Shown one piece after another: positions 24,753 through 39,074 of a stretch of DNA of 64,000 nucleotides. Position 1 is the stretch's first letter. The number at the start of each line of letters is the position of its first letter. The translations under genes and the position numbers were made by a program. The notes under the pieces are model-generated. The model was not told the origin of the DNA. It was given only the letters and a program-made list of their open reading frames with translations, and made no database searches. This stretch comes from Podarcis melisellensis (taxonomy: Eukaryota). The stretch lies in the NCBI GenBank assembly GCA_964234715.1, contig OZ174289.1. One strand, written 5' to 3'.

Positions 24753-25644
24753 TCAGAAAGTCACTTGAGGTTAGGCAGAGCTGGCGCAGCCGTAACAGTC
24801 TAAAATGGTGTAATGGGACCCATCCAGAGGAAACAATGGGAGCTTTGTATGCAATGGTTCAATTTGCCATGGGTGTTTCCAGAGCAGCCTTCCCCAACCT
24901 AGTGCTTGCTAGATGTTTTGGACTACAATTCCCATAATTCCTGGCTGGGGCCCAGGTTTGATAAGGCAGCCCAAGGACTATCCAGCCATTGTTCTGCTGT
25001 TGTAAGCTGCAAGCAGAATTGCAGCTGCCTTTTCTTAATGTGGGGGTAAGGTGCTTTTTTGACATGTGCTTGCTGCTACATTCCATCCACACTAATGGGT
25101 AGGACAGAGCTCCCTAGGTGGGGAAGTGACGATTCACTCAAGCAAAGTTTTTAAAATAAAATAAAAATTCACTCTTCTGCCACTCATCTTCTACTTAAAA
25201 TCAGTTATTTAATTAGTGCTGAAATGCTTATTTACCATAAGCACTGTTTCCCAATTACTTTCGACATTTGTGGAAACAAATGCTTTAAAAAAGTTAGAAA
25301 GTGTGTTAGGCCAAAAACTTGATAGAATGTAGCATTTTAAAAATCCTTAAAAATAAATCTCCTTCATTTAGACATGACTGTGTGAATATGTTAATATTTT
25401 TTTGAAAATTGTAGCTAAAAATATAGATGAAAAAGCACTCTATGGCTCATTAAAAGAGTTACTGGTAATACTGGAGATGTCCTGAGTGGCAACAAGTTCA
25501 CCTCAATAGGTTCACTTACATTGCTCATCAAAGCTACATCTGCAAAAAAAGATGGAAGCGTAGAGCTAAGAACCTACCACACCTGTAGCGACTGCACTAC
25601 TGTGCTTTAACTTTCTAAAAAGGCAGCTTTTCTGTGGTCTGAGG

Positions 25645-25775
25645 AATCATAGAATTGCAGAGTTGGAAGGGACCACGAGGGTCATTTGGTCCAACCCCCA
25701 TGTTTTGCCCAACGTGGGGCTCAAACCCACGACTCTGAGATTAAGAGTCTCATGCTCTACCAACTGAGCTATCTC
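25645..25775 (-). mobile_element. tRNA-Lys(CTT)-headed SINE with CR1-like tail
   Basis: Reverse complement gives tagctcagttggtagagcatgagactcttaatctcagagtcgtgggtttgagccccacgttgggca, then gggggttggacc...cccttccaactct...attctatgattc. Confidence 0.8.
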
Positions 25776-26750
25776 TCAGAGGAACCACACGGCAAACACA
25801 AGGAGGATAATGATCGGATTATGACCTCCTGTGGGTGCTGTGAAAAGTGAGTGAAGTAAGAAAGCACATATGGTGCCAAACTCTAGCTAGCGCTAGTTTT
25901 CTTGCATGGAAGGAGAATGTGAGCTTTCTTTCGTGAGTGGGCAAAAACACTGCGCCCTTTGCAGCACTGGTGGGGGGAACCTGTGGCCCTCCAGATAACT
26001 CCCATTGGCCCCAGCCAGCATAGCCAATAGTCGGGGCAATGGGAACCGTAGTTCAGCAGTGTCTGGCAGGCTGCAAGTTCCACTTGCCTGATGTACAGGG
26101 ACTGGGTTTAAGTAGGATGCAGCAGTACAGTTAGGTCATTTTGGACCCTTGTTACAGAGCCCTCTCTATTTAGATTCAGCTTTGCTTACTTCAAAATGTG
26201 GTAGGGCAGACCTGATGCAGTGGGGGACCCACCTCTGGCTCGTTCTGCTGAGTGGACCCCTAGAGCTCTTCCCCAAAGCTCTAAGTGGGTGAATTCCTGG
26301 GTGAAATGGGTGACGGGAGTATCTGAGACATGGTGCAAGCATTCAATTTGAAAATGCAAGCCTCTGGTCCTTATGATGAGCTGCAGAGATCAGCATGAAA
26401 ACAAGCAAGCACTCATGAAAGTGGTGCAGGAGGTGGGGTTCGAAACAGCCCACCTGAAATGTAGTGGCTGGCCTGCAGTGGCTCTTAAACAAATGCATAA
26501 CCGGCACAGGAGCTTGGCTTTGAGAATAGACCCAAACTGGTGATTGGCAACTATTATGAGATCTCTGGAATTGAGTTGTGCAGATTCTGGAGGACATGAA
26601 CAGGGGATGAAGTGAGGAAGGATTTTCGGGTGGGGTATGCATGAAGCTCACAAAGAGCAGGAAGGGTCTTTCCCCCCCAAGTTAAGGCTGGCGTACGGTG
26701 GGGCTAGAGTGGTGGGGTGAGCAAACCACCCCACACCCTCAGAGGAGCTA

Positions 26751-27071
<321 letters not shown>

Positions 27072-28507
27072 CTACAGGTGCTGTTGGAGGTCAACTCCCA
27101 TCAGCCCCAGCCAGCGTGGCCAATGGTCAAGGATGATGGGAACTGAAGTCCAACAACTCCTAGAGGGACACAGGTTCACCATCCCTGGGCAGAGGAGCCA
27201 GGTGTGGGGGGTTGTTTGAGAGACAGAGAGAGACAAAGACAGAGACAGAGACACAGGGAGGACAGGCAATGCTCCTTTAATCTTCAATAACCAGATATAG
27301 CACATGAAGACATTGATTTGATTTTTGCCACCACCTCTTTGTGCACCTGCAGAGGCCTTTCCTGATGCCCAGAGGATCCCATGTCCCTTATGCTGAAACT
27401 GGGCTGGGAAGGAGGATTCTTCTGGAGTCAAGCAAAGAGTTTGTAGTGTGTACTTGTTTGTGCATTGTCCTTACTACATTTTTCCTGTTTGCAAATGGAC
27501 CCACAGGCTCCAAAAAGGTGGGTGAACCCAGATATAAAGGGAAAGCAGCGAGCAAAGGGGTGGCGGGATTAATATCAATTAATATCATCTCCTTCACCAG
27601 AGAGTTTCAAATACAAGTTTAATCTTTTCTTATTTAGGCTCCACTTTTCCTTCTACTTTCTCCATCTTGCCCATTCCTAAACCCCCCCCCCTGAAGTTGC
27701 ACATCCCACATGAAACTGCAGGGGTGAGGGGAGAGGGGAAGGGCAGAGAAAGCAATTGTACCTTTCTTTCCAACTCCAACTCCTTTAATATACCCCTTTC
27801 AGCTAAAAATATCTTTTCAGGGGAGTTGAGAGAAAAATAGAGGAAAGCGTTAAAGCTCCATTTGGCAGAGCACAGCTTTCTGGAACTTGGAAGTATGCCC
27901 ACTGGACATGCCCACACCATACATTTGAAGCACTCTTGTACCACTTTATCCTGGGAACTGTAGTTGTTCAGGGTTCTGGGAACTGTAGCTCGAGCACCCT
28001 TTTAAGAAACTACATTTCCCAGAATTCTTGGTGGAAGACATAACAGATTAAAGTGGTATGAGAGTGCTTTAAATGTATGGTACAGATGTGACATCAGACT
28101 GGGGGGGGGCTCTACTTTCAGAACAGCAACCCTGAAACACATTCCTTTTTATTCCCAGTGTTCAGGGGAAGATTTGTCACTGGTTATCTAGCTGAAACAA
28201 AGCAAACTATGGGTACCTAGAAGCGGAAGCATAAACAGCAACAAGACTGTGAATCTAAGAAAGGCACCGTATTGTGCTCAATATATATATATAACATAAA
28301 CTACCGGTACATTAAGAAAGATAAAATGAAACGAAGCTAAACAATGTTAATTAGAAAACATAAATAAGAAAACAGAGAACCAGCTGGGGGAAAAATATGG
28401 TAACTCAGTCGGAACTGAAAGATAAATTGCATCCCACCCCCAGCTATTGCTCCTTTGTTTTATTTATGTTTTCTGATTAAGAATGCTTTGCTGCATCTTT
28501 ACTGATG

Positions 28508-28532
28508 CATCATCATCATCATCATCATCATC

Positions 28533-28572
<40 letters not shown>
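28508..28572. repeat. Compound (CAT)n(AAT)n microsatellite, probably the tail of an adjacent retroposon remnant
   Basis: Direct read; followed by 'tttataccccgccc...gggctcagagcggcttaca'. Confidence 0.9.
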
Positions 28573-28573
<1 letters not shown>

Positions 28574-31500
28574 TTATACCCCGCCCTCCCCAGCCAAGGC
28601 CGGGCTCAGAGCGGCTTACAAGCAATAATAAAAACAAGATGAATGAGTACAACTTAAAAACAAAAATAAAATACAACATTAAAATAATGGAACATTAAAA
28701 TATTAAAATGTAGCCTCATCACAGGAGGAGAAGGAAAAGAAAGGAAATTTTAAGTTAGATACGTTGAGTACAATATTATACCTTTATTGTATTCAAGGTC
28801 TTGTTACTGGTTATTAAGTAGACAAAATGACACCCACACCTACGCACAAGGAGGAAGTATAAGCAACCCCAAGGAGGGAAACCCCAAATTGGCTTAGTCT
28901 GGGGAAAGAGCTAGGGAAGATGTGGGTACGATACCCTCTCCCAGAGCAGCACTTTGAAACAGCTGCTGGTTATTATTTTCAAGCGAGAGATCCTAACCAC
29001 AGATCTCCTGTTATTGCATCCATTTTCAAGTGAACACAGAATTCACAGGCATTCCCTTCCTTTCCTGAAGATCTTCAGGTGTTCACAGGAGGTTTGTTTG
29101 CATGTTACAATGAACACAGGGACAAACTTGTCTCTCCACATGTGCCGGGGTTTGTGTGAAAAAGCATACACTTCTTATTTGCACAGCTCAGCTGTTGCGT
29201 ACACAGGAAGACTGTAAAGATCACTGGACGATACATGAGGCTTGTTGACAAGTCACATTGAGCACAGGTACAAGCGGTCTCTACACATGTGGAACTGTGT
29301 GAAAGAGTGTACACTTGTTGAGCACTGCGTGTTAACAATAGTACAAGTGTTTGTGGACGCAGATGCGCAGATTATGCACTCATTGAATGTGGTGTGCCAA
29401 CAACTCTATGTAAATAACTGTACAAATGTACAGCTTAGCTATTTATTTATTTTTACACAGATTGTACACTAGATGAATGCAGCATGTGAACACCCTCTAA
29501 GCTGATGGGTTTTGCCATTAGGTGGAGCTGCAAGTAGGAGCAGCAGGCCTTCTATGTCCACGAGAAATGCCAAGCAACAGAAGGGTACAGAATGAGGGGC
29601 AAACAAAGGGGAAAGGTGGGAAGGTTTGAGCTGACTGATGATGGTTGGAGAAGGAGCTGAAGAGAGATCAGAGGGAGAAAGAAATAGGGGGAATGAATAA
29701 AGCTAACAGACAAGATGTTGGGAAGAATAGGAAGAATGGACATACAGAGGAACAGAAACCAACAGATCAAGAGAGAGAGAGTGGGAGAGCAGGGTCACAT
29801 CTGCACTTTAACTTCAAAGCACTATCAAACCTCTTTAAATAGTCATGGCTTCCCCCAAAGAATCATGGGAATTGTAGTTTGCTAAGGGTGCAGAGAGTTG
29901 TTAGGACACCCCTCAAAGAGATGATTCTCAGGGTAGTTTTACCATCAATTCCTCTTCCCAGGGAAGTCTGGGGAATCTTAGCTCTGAGAGGGGAATAGGG
30001 CTCTAATATCTCTCAGCACCCTTAACAGATTACAGTTCCCAGGATTCTTTGGGAGAAGTTGTGGCTATTTAAAGTGGTGTGATCCTGCTTTAAATGTACA
30101 GTGCACATGGGGCGTGAGGGACAGGCTGCTATCCAGCTGGTAACTTTAGATTGTCATGCAATCAAAGGTTGCTCAGGATTGGGTTAATTTATTTTGCTGT
30201 TGTTTGTGTATTTTTTAATTTATAGGTAGCTTCCACTAACTATTTCAATCCATAGCATAAAACAAGATTGTCCAAGCATCTATCAGAGAATTAAAGATGT
30301 TTTGCTAGTCTGCCTCTTCCCATTTATATTTGACTACTGGGCATTACACACCATATCATATCACATTGGAGCCAATTCAGAACAGTAGTTAGAAAGTTGG
30401 ACAAGAACAGCGGAGGGTCAGGTTCTAATCCCCATTCACTTAGTGACTTTGGACTGGTCCTACCTTATAGGGTTGCTATGAGGATAAAGCCAGGAGGGGA
30501 AGAATTCATTGGAGGGCAGGCAGGATATGATTTGAAGCAATAACCAGTACATATACTATTAAAAGTACATACGATATTAGTAAAGTGATTGTAATTCTTG
30601 CTAATTTTTCATGCTACTGTTGTGATTGTGAGCTGCCCTGAGTTCAAAATTATTTCGGAAAAGCAGAATACAAACATTAAATCAAATCAAATATGCATTT
30701 CAAGATGAATAGGGAAGAACTTCTTCCTATGAGCTTCTTCATACATTACCAAGTTCTCATGTGAAAGGAATCCTGGGAGGAAGTTATAGGGTACAGCACA
30801 AATAAAAATGGTCATGTGTGACAATCATATGACATAAAGTTTTTTCTTAATTTCCTGTACAAGAAGGAAGGGGAAACTGCGGCCCTCCAGATGTTGTTAG
30901 ACTACAACTACCACTATCCTTTATTATTGGCCTTGCTGGCTGGGGCAGGTGGGAGCAGGAGGCGAACAAAACCTGGAGGGCTACAAGGATTCAGCACATA
31001 ATGCAAAAGCAAGGACTAATTGCATTTTTCCAGCCTGTGTACGCTGAGCAAAAAACACAAGCCCCAAAAACATCCTGAATGCAATCATCACACATTACTT
31101 CTTTCACATAAAGGAGCTACAGAGCATTGACAGAACACATGCCTTCCATGCAAAAGGTCCCAGGTTTCACCTTCAACATCTACAACTAAAGAGGAATCAG
31201 TTTGGAGGTGACGTAATAAAAAACTCTGCCTAAAATCCCCAGGAGTTGCTGCCAACCTGAGCAGGCAACACAGAGTTAAATGGTCACGTAGTCAGATGTG
31301 GTATAAGGTATCTCCCTGTGTTTCAACATGTGTGTAGCTGCCTCAATATTTGGCACATCACACGAAGCCAAATATTGGCTTGGTGTGAACGCATGATTGG
31401 GCAGACTCCTTGCCTGGACTTTTTGACTGCTGCACTGCACTGGGCTAAGCTAAGGTTTGGCTAAGCGTTTTGCCTGGGCAGTTAAGCTCTCTCCAGACTA

Positions 31501-31929
31501 ACCACAAGGTGTATCGAAGAACAAACCTAAGCTACAGACTGTGGTTAGTCTCTGGAGGGAGCTTAACCACAAACCAGGGTTGGGATGGCACTCGAACCCA
31601 AACACTGGCTTAGCTCAGTGCAGCCCAGCTGCAAAACAATCAGAGGAGGAGCAAAGCAGGTGCAAGATACTCTCTGGGAGACAGAACGCTTGCACCAATG
31701 TGCAAAGCAGCCACCCATCCGAGGGTCATCTACTGTAAGTGTCAGCACCTCTCCAGCATCTTGAGGGCACCAATCTACCCCATCACATCCTTGATACTTT
31801 TAAGTGGGTTTGAACCTGGGACCTCCAGCATTCAAAGCAGGTGGTCTGCTGCTGGACTATGGTCCCCTTTTAACCACCTTAGGACAGAAGAGAACCCAGG
31901 AAGGACTCTTGAAAGGCAGAGCCACTTAC

Positions 31930-34164
31930 CTGAAACATTTCCCCAAGACAACCCTGCAGTTGTTGGACTGATGCTCACTGCGTTAGCCACAGGGGTCAAT
32001 GCCTTGCACGGAGTCAGCTCGGAATAAGCACAGTCCTCGTCCAGCATGATGACAGGGCTGGCAGCCAACCTCGGATCCCCGACGCAGGCCCCTGGGTGGA
32101 GCGGGGAGCTCACCAGCGGCAGGTAAAGCACACTAGGCTTCTTGGGGACAGGGGGAGGGACTTTGGTTCTGTGGCTCTCCCCGCCAGGTGTTCTCTCCAG
32201 CGGCAGCCTTGGCTTCAGCTCCTCCTCCAAGCTGTCCTCGGAAAGCCGCCGGGCAGAGAAGAACGTCCCCGGGGGCCCTTGTGCTGGAGAGACGGCTGCC
32301 ACGGGGGGCTGCGGCTCCATAGGGCTCCAGCCATCTGCATCCCACTGATGCTCAGGCCTCCTGGCCACTATGTAAACGTTCTCTACGGCGACCGAGCCCT
32401 GGGGTGTCAGTGGAGAGGTTGGGGAGCCCACAGGGGACTCTTCCTGGACTGGAGGGGTCTTGTGCAGGAGCATCGGGGGCCTCCTGGAAAGGGGCGGCTT
32501 CTCTGCCACCGGGGGCCGGACCTTCTTGCCAGGCTCCTCGACAGGCTCAAGGCTCTCTAGGTTGTCCTCTGTTTCGGAGCGGCTGATGGACCGCAGGCGG
32601 ACGGAGCGCAGGTCCAGCTGTGTCACCATGGGCATGACGGGCTGCACGGGGCTGAGCTTTGGCCCTAGCTTGGCTCCAAAGGTGGAGTCAGAGTGGTGCC
32701 GGCTCACTTTGGGCTTGGCCTTGAGCGAGATCTTCAGCCCCGAGAGGTCCAGGTGTGACGGTGGCGCAAACGGCAGGTCGAAGGACAGCCGCGACTTGGG
32801 GCTTCTCTCCATGGGTGAGACTGGGGGCAGCGAGGACTTCCTCTCGGGCACAAGGGGTCTCGCACGCCCACTCTGGTGCGGGGTGTGGCCCAGAACGGCA
32901 GATGTTGGGATGGTCGGGGTCGGCGTTTCCGACTGGCTGGAGTAGCCGCTGGAGGGAGACATCACCCCTGTTGGTCTTGCCGGGGAGGAGGTTTTCAAGT
33001 TGACCTCAGCAGAGAGCTGGGAAGGTGTGGTGGCCCGGGAGACAGAAGGGGAGGGGAGGGACTCAGAGCTACCCCGTGCCTTGGAGAGCTCGATCACGGT
33101 GGTCCCAGTGGCCGTGCTGGAGCCAGAGAGAGAGCAATAGGGGTCGCCAGGACTCCACTCTGGCATGTACCACTGCTGTGAGTACGGCACGCTTTCCAGT
33201 TCTTTGGTTGTGTCCCCAGGGACTTGGCTCTGGGCCTGCGAGTCAGGCAGCAAGCACAGACTTTTTGGTCTCTGGTCCTGCGGCAGCGGCTCATCACCAG
33301 CTTCTGCGATGCTTTGCTGACCCTCCTTGATCAATGAGACGCTGCGGGTAGGCGGACAGGGCTTCTTTTTGGCCTTCTTGAGAGAGATGCTCTTGGTGCG
33401 CGGCCGCCGTGATCGCACCTGAGCCTCCTGCTCCACCGCTAGCGAGACGTTGTCTGTGCTTGTGCTGCCCTCGGAGCTGGCGCTGGGGTAGCTCAGGGCA
33501 CAGGTCTCACTGCCCCCAATATCCATGGAGCACAAGGAGGCTGTGTCCGTGGGGACGGAGAGAGACCTCTCACGGAACTTGCACATCACCCGCTGCCTCT
33601 CCGCTTGGGGGCACTCCTCTTCACTCGGGGTGGCGGGGACCAAACGAGCCTTGACCTCCGCTGCTCCACACCTCAAGCCTCCGTTGGCATCTACAGGGGA
33701 CTCAGGAGAAGCGCAGAACGCCCCAGACCCATTGCTCCCAACTGCATTGTCTTTGCTGATGAAGAAAGAAGCAGGCCGGTCAGAGTCTGGGGTTCCCCTC
33801 TGGCTGCGGGGAGACTGTGCCCCGCTTTCCATCACCAGCTCACTCTGGCTCGCGGAAGGGCTCACGTAGCCAAAAGATGCTGCGCTCCAGGCAGGGGAGA
33901 ATGTCAGGTCCTCCTTGGGGCCGTTGCACGATGGGCTGGCATACACTGCCCCAGGGTTGTCTGTGTGGCCAGCAGGCCCCTGGCAATACCGTCCTTGTAG
34001 AACTCCCCCAAGGTCACTGAAGGTCTTCCTCAGCTGTGGCCTTGGCTGAGGGGAGCGGGCCTGGTGGGTGGAGCTCCTCCCATTGGCCACCTCAGGGACA
34101 AAATTGCAAGAGGCGGACTCTGCGATGGTCGCTGGAGGGTTGAGAATGGGGCCGTTGCTGTTCC
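31930..34164 (-). CDS. NHSL2: NHS-like 2, large internal exon (NHS domain, Ser/Pro-rich)
   Basis: ctttttctgcag acceptor, G|gtaagt donor, 2235 bp, phase 1-1, open throughout. Contains RERSLSVPTD, SISLKKAKKKPCPPTRSVSL, SLSGSSTATGTTVIE, SPSSGYSSQSETPT, LRSVRLRSIS and PPPVPKKPS. Confidence 0.95.
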
Positions 34165-35911
34165 CTGCAGAAAAAGGCAGGAATTAAGTACAGCCTGGAA
34201 GATCTCCTGCTTGGGCAACTGAAAGGTCTTAGATCCAGGGTTGGGAGTTTCAGGGCAGGGGCTCAATGCAGCCCTCAATACCTCTCTATGTGGACCCCAG
34301 ACCACACACCCCTGCATAGCCAGCCCCCTTCTCCCCAGGGCTAGTGAAATTTACATTCATCACCATGCCCACTTTTCTCTCCAGCTATGCCCACTATTGG
34401 CATGTGGCCCCTGGAAGATTCTTATAACAGAATGTGGCCCTCATGCTGGATAAGGTTTGCCCCCCAAAAGTAGAAACTTTGCATTTCACTGCTGGGGGGC
34501 AGCTGCCCCCATCAACACAAAGAAATCCAGGCCTGGCCATCCTCCTGCTTTGGGGAGGGAAGAGCTCAGATGGCCTTGGACAGTGTGGTAAAGGTGGGGC
34601 CATTATTTACTTTTATCAGATCGTGCAAAGAAAAGAAAAACCACATCCATGGGTGTTGCTTTACCCCTTAGCCAATAACACCCCACTTCATAGTTTGAGA
34701 ACCACTATAGTAAAAGGTTTTTCCTTTTCTTTTTTAAATTTCTAAAGTTGCAAATCTTCAGATCTGCCCTAAATAGCAAGTTCTGCTAGTCAAGCTCTTA
34801 CGTGGCTATTCTTACATGTGTCGCTATTCTCTGCCCCACGCCACAAATATGTCTCCTCCCTACTTAACATAGATGCATGGTGCTGTTTGGGGGTGGAGGG
34901 GGATATGCCAAGGTACATTTATTCACAATTCAGGGAAGAGTCTTCGGAAGCCTGTTCTTAAAGAAAAAGGGGCTAGAACAAAATACTTTTTGGGGGGGGG
35001 GGTGTTTCTCAAACAAAGTCTTCCTATTAAAAAATGTACCTACATATCCACAAATGGAATACCTATGGATTCTGTTTGTTGGTACTGAAATCTGGCTAAG
35101 CTGCAACTTCATATTTTTCTAGCCAAATTAAGATGCTCTGATCCTGTAGCTCTGTGACTTGTTCTGCCTCTGTGTGTGTTGCAGACACTGGTTTTTAAAT
35201 CTGCATATGAAAGCCACCTTTCAAACCTACTTGAAAAGCAGGAAATAATATATTAGATCACTCCCAGAATTCTTGAAAACGGTCCATAAAGTCAAATTCT
35301 GAAATTTGACTAATTTTGAGTGTACATGAAAATTTTACTTTCACCCTGTAGCTATAACCCAGTATTTTGGAGGAGCCCAACAGCAAATTCCTATAAAGAA
35401 GCCCATGGCAAACATCCCCTCTCACATTCTGTTCTTCACAACAGCCAGAGTCAGGGAAGTCTTGATTCTACAAGTGCTTCTAAGGGTCCCTCCAGACATC
35501 CTTTTTATTGTGCGTTCATGACGATTTGTGCTCATGATGATATTGGGGCAGTAACACACCATGCTGCTTTCAATACTACTTGCAGCTGCAAAAGTTTTAA
35601 GGGTGGACATCCTGCTTTGTTTCCAACTAGTGCATGTCCGCTCACTTGCTGCTGAAATCCTGTAAATTTTAGACCACAAAGCTTTTTTTTTTTTTGGTCC
35701 TGCTTTTTTGTGCTGTTTTGCAAGACTGCCCCTCCAGCTGGTAATAATGTGGCAATGTTGGAAAACAACTAATACAGAAGAATGGTGTGGTTCAGTATAA
35801 TTCCACCACTAGTACATTAGCATAGCTTCAATGACATGTTGCAGAATCTATCCACGGAAAACACCAGTCTGGAGGGACCCTAAGCCATCAAGCTATTCCC
35901 CCTCCTCTCTA

Positions 35912-36226
<315 letters not shown>

Positions 36227-36417
36227 TTATAAGCGAACCAAACTGATTTGGGCTGCATTCACACAGAAGGAAGTTTATTCTGTTATCCCAACATTTCCCA
36301 AGCTGCTAATTTCCACAATATATCTGAGCTTCTACACAACGTAAAAGCCACTTCTGGACATATGGGGGAACATGAGCAAGCTTAGTGTTTGTTTCTGTGT
36401 TATGTGCTTCCAGAAAA

Positions 36418-36784
36418 ACATTCCGGCATATTAGGTGACTGGGCGTTTAAGACGACCCCCAACTTTTGCTGTTCAGTTTTAGAGTTTTAGAGTTATAGAG
36501 TTTGAGCACCGCCAGGGACAGAGCATGCACCCCTCCACTGCCGCTGCCATCGCAGCAGCAGCCCGAGGCGAGGCGTTTGGCGGGTGGGTGAGCGGCGTGC
36601 TCAGAAGGACTTTCCGTATCCCCTTCTGTGGGGAGGGAGGAGGAGCAACAGCAGAAGGGGCATCTCTGCTCACCGGTTCCCTCTCCTCCTTCCCAACGTG
36701 TATACCTGGCGTATAAGACGACTCCTGACTTTTGGGGTGATTTTCCAGGGATAAAAAGACGTCTTGTACGCCGGAACATACGTA
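36418..36784. mobile_element. Degenerate Tc2/mariner-type non-autonomous element
   Basis: Ends cattccggcata.../...tacgccggaacatacgta; repeated 'taagacgac(c/t)cc' subterminal motifs and a GC-rich core. Confidence 0.5.
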
Positions 36785-38030
36785 ATTTGCAAACAGCAAT
36801 GGAAATGAGTACTAAACTTGTACTATATTCCACTATATTTCTGGAAGTGGCTTTTTGTCAGCTTATGTAAATGTACCAAAGTTGTGTGGAGAAAATTATT
36901 GTTTTAGAATATACTCTCAAAAAATAATGTGAATATTTCATGCAGTTAAAAAGAATAAGTAAATCCATACATTGATGCAGGAAGAGCACAATACAGACTT
37001 ATGAATGAACACATGGAAAACTGGCATAGACTTAGGAAACAATGACCCCTCCATCCCAACTGGAATGGAAGTGGGGTACAAATGGCTTTAGAGCAGAGAA
37101 GAGATTTTTGAGTTGATGCTACTGGGAACATGGGGAAGGTAGAAGCCAGTAACGGTAGGAATGTAACAGGGCAGATGTCTTTACTTTATGTGTTCACTTT
37201 ACCCCAACAGTAATGTCTGAAGAGGACTTTCAGCACCCCATCGAACCATTGCTTGTAAAGTGAAGCTTAAGAACCTCACACTGTATGTTCCAGATATCCA
37301 GCAGACAACCCATGGTTGAGAGCTCACCACTCAGTTTCCATAAGCTCACTCTTGTCTCCATGGTTCATCAACCTCTGAACAATGGCCTAAATGTGGTTTT
37401 TCAGCGGTTTGTGAATTCTGGCATTACTAGCAAGCCACAGTTATCACAAACTGTGGTTTGCTGTTATGCCTAAATCCACAAATTAATGACAAACCCAAGT
37501 TTGTTTGCAAACCAGCTTCAAACCATGACAGATTATCCTGCTTTGGAAGTCCCTTGCAAGCCGTGGTTTGCAAACAGGCATGTTCAAACATCAACGCCAA
37601 AATATGGTTTGGCATTAGGACTGAGTGCAGTCAATGAATTGCTTTATCCTTGAGCTCTCTTCCTGCCAAAGCTTGGAGGCGAGATGGGCGGTACATGGGC
37701 AGCATGTGCCGTAAGAACTAAAGTGACAAAGAGACAGACATACTGGTTAACCTTGGGTGCATTACATGCTGGTGAGACTTGAATAATATGAGCAGAATGC
37801 AGAAGGGGAGGGGGACATAGCAAGGGGGCAAACGTCTCTGAGAAGACCTAGCCTGATGGGACACACTACAAATGCCAATTCATGTGAGTCCCAATGAACC
37901 TCCTTCATCTCCTGTGCTTTTCAATCTTGCTGGGCATCATGCCTCACACCGGCCAGCATGGTGAACTAAAACCTTGTTTGACACAACCATCCTGCATCAT
38001 ATGATAACTCTTTAACTCCTCTTCTCTACT

Positions 38031-38031
38031 A

Positions 38032-38095
<64 letters not shown>
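38031..38095. repeat. (AC)n(AG)n compound microsatellite next to an NHSL2 splice donor
   Basis: Direct read. Confidence 0.95.
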
Positions 38096-38098
<3 letters not shown>

Positions 38099-38108
38099 TC
38101 AACCCTAC

Positions 38109-38304
38109 CAGAGACGTTGATGGGAACAATGTTGGCTTGGGTTGAACAGGGCTGATGCAACCTCCTCTCTTCAACGGAGGGCAGAGGGCCAGTTCGGGTC
38201 CAGGTGGTGTGCTTGTCTGGCGTAGTGGGCAAGCTAATTGAAGGCTCTGGGGCCCTCACCCCCAGCGTGGTTGTCTCGTTCTCCTTCACTTGCTGGCTTG
38301 CAGG
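38109..38304 (-). CDS. NHSL2: NHS-like 2, internal exon
   Basis: tgctttctgacag acceptor, G|gtaggg donor, 196 bp, phase 0-1. Reads PASQQVKENETTTLGVRAPEPSISLPTTPDK...CSTQANIVPINVS(G), with the NHS-family 'IVPINVSG' motif. Confidence 0.92.
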
Positions 38305-38934
38305 CTGTCAGAAAGCAGTGGGGAGGAAGGGGAATAAATGAATTCAAACACAAGCGCCCTACTCCACTAGGGCTACTATTCAGAAGAAGGGATTCAGAAG
38401 GAAAGGGATTTCAGGCAGCTCTTGGATATCAGGTGATCTGCTGCATTCCTGCAGTTGATGATCAGAGGCTGTCCTCCAAGTACTTGCCACCTCTTAAGTC
38501 AGGAGTGAGCAAGTTCCAGGAGCCAAATGCAGTGCTCCAGGGCTCTTTGGCCCTAGGAACCCTCCCTCTCCAGTCAACCCCCCACCCCCAATCCTTCATG
38601 GACCTGTTTTGCACCCTTCCAGAGTGCTTTTGCCTGGCTGGAATGCACCCTTGAACTCCGACAATGCCTTTTGCTTGCCTGGCCCTCGGACAGAGACGAA
38701 TGTGTATGTATGTGTGCAGGAACAAAACTACTGCACACAAATGTTAAAAGTATACGTCCACTGCTCTGCCTGCTTTGGTTTGTGGCCTCGCTTGCCACTG
38801 GTACTTGGCCCTCGGAAGGTGTCCCCGAAAGGAATGCGGACCCTTAAGACATGGGCTGGTAGAACTTTGGACTGAGGCACCAGGTAGGAATTGTATTGGG
38901 GAATATGCAATGCTGGGAAGTTTGCCAGACTCAC

Positions 38935-39074
38935 CATGAACACAAACTCCAAGCGTTTGCTGGGTACTGGGGGCCGCGGGCTGCAGTCGAGGGGCCTGTC
39001 TGCAGAATGAGAACTGGCATAGCGGAAGGTCTGGCCACTGGCCCTGGCTTCTGAGTAAGGCTCCTCGTACTCTT
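38935..39074 (-). CDS. NHSL2: NHS-like 2, internal exon
   Basis: tttccctcctttcag acceptor, ATG|gtgagt donor, 140 bp, phase 1-0. Reads EYEEPYSEARASGQTFR...KRLEFVFM, as recalled for NHSL2. Confidence 0.92.

Noticed and set aside
28464-28679. Poly-Tyr/poly-Asp peptide ORF
   Set aside because: Translation of (AAT)n(CAT)n microsatellites.
32096-34020. Several + strand ORFs of 100-160 aa
   Set aside because: Antisense shadows of the GC-rich NHSL2 large exon.
31832-34090. 752-aa ORF as a standalone single-exon gene
   Set aside because: It starts at GTG and is bounded by strong splice sites (34164, 31930) in phase with neighbouring NHSL2 exons; the last residues are intron read-through.
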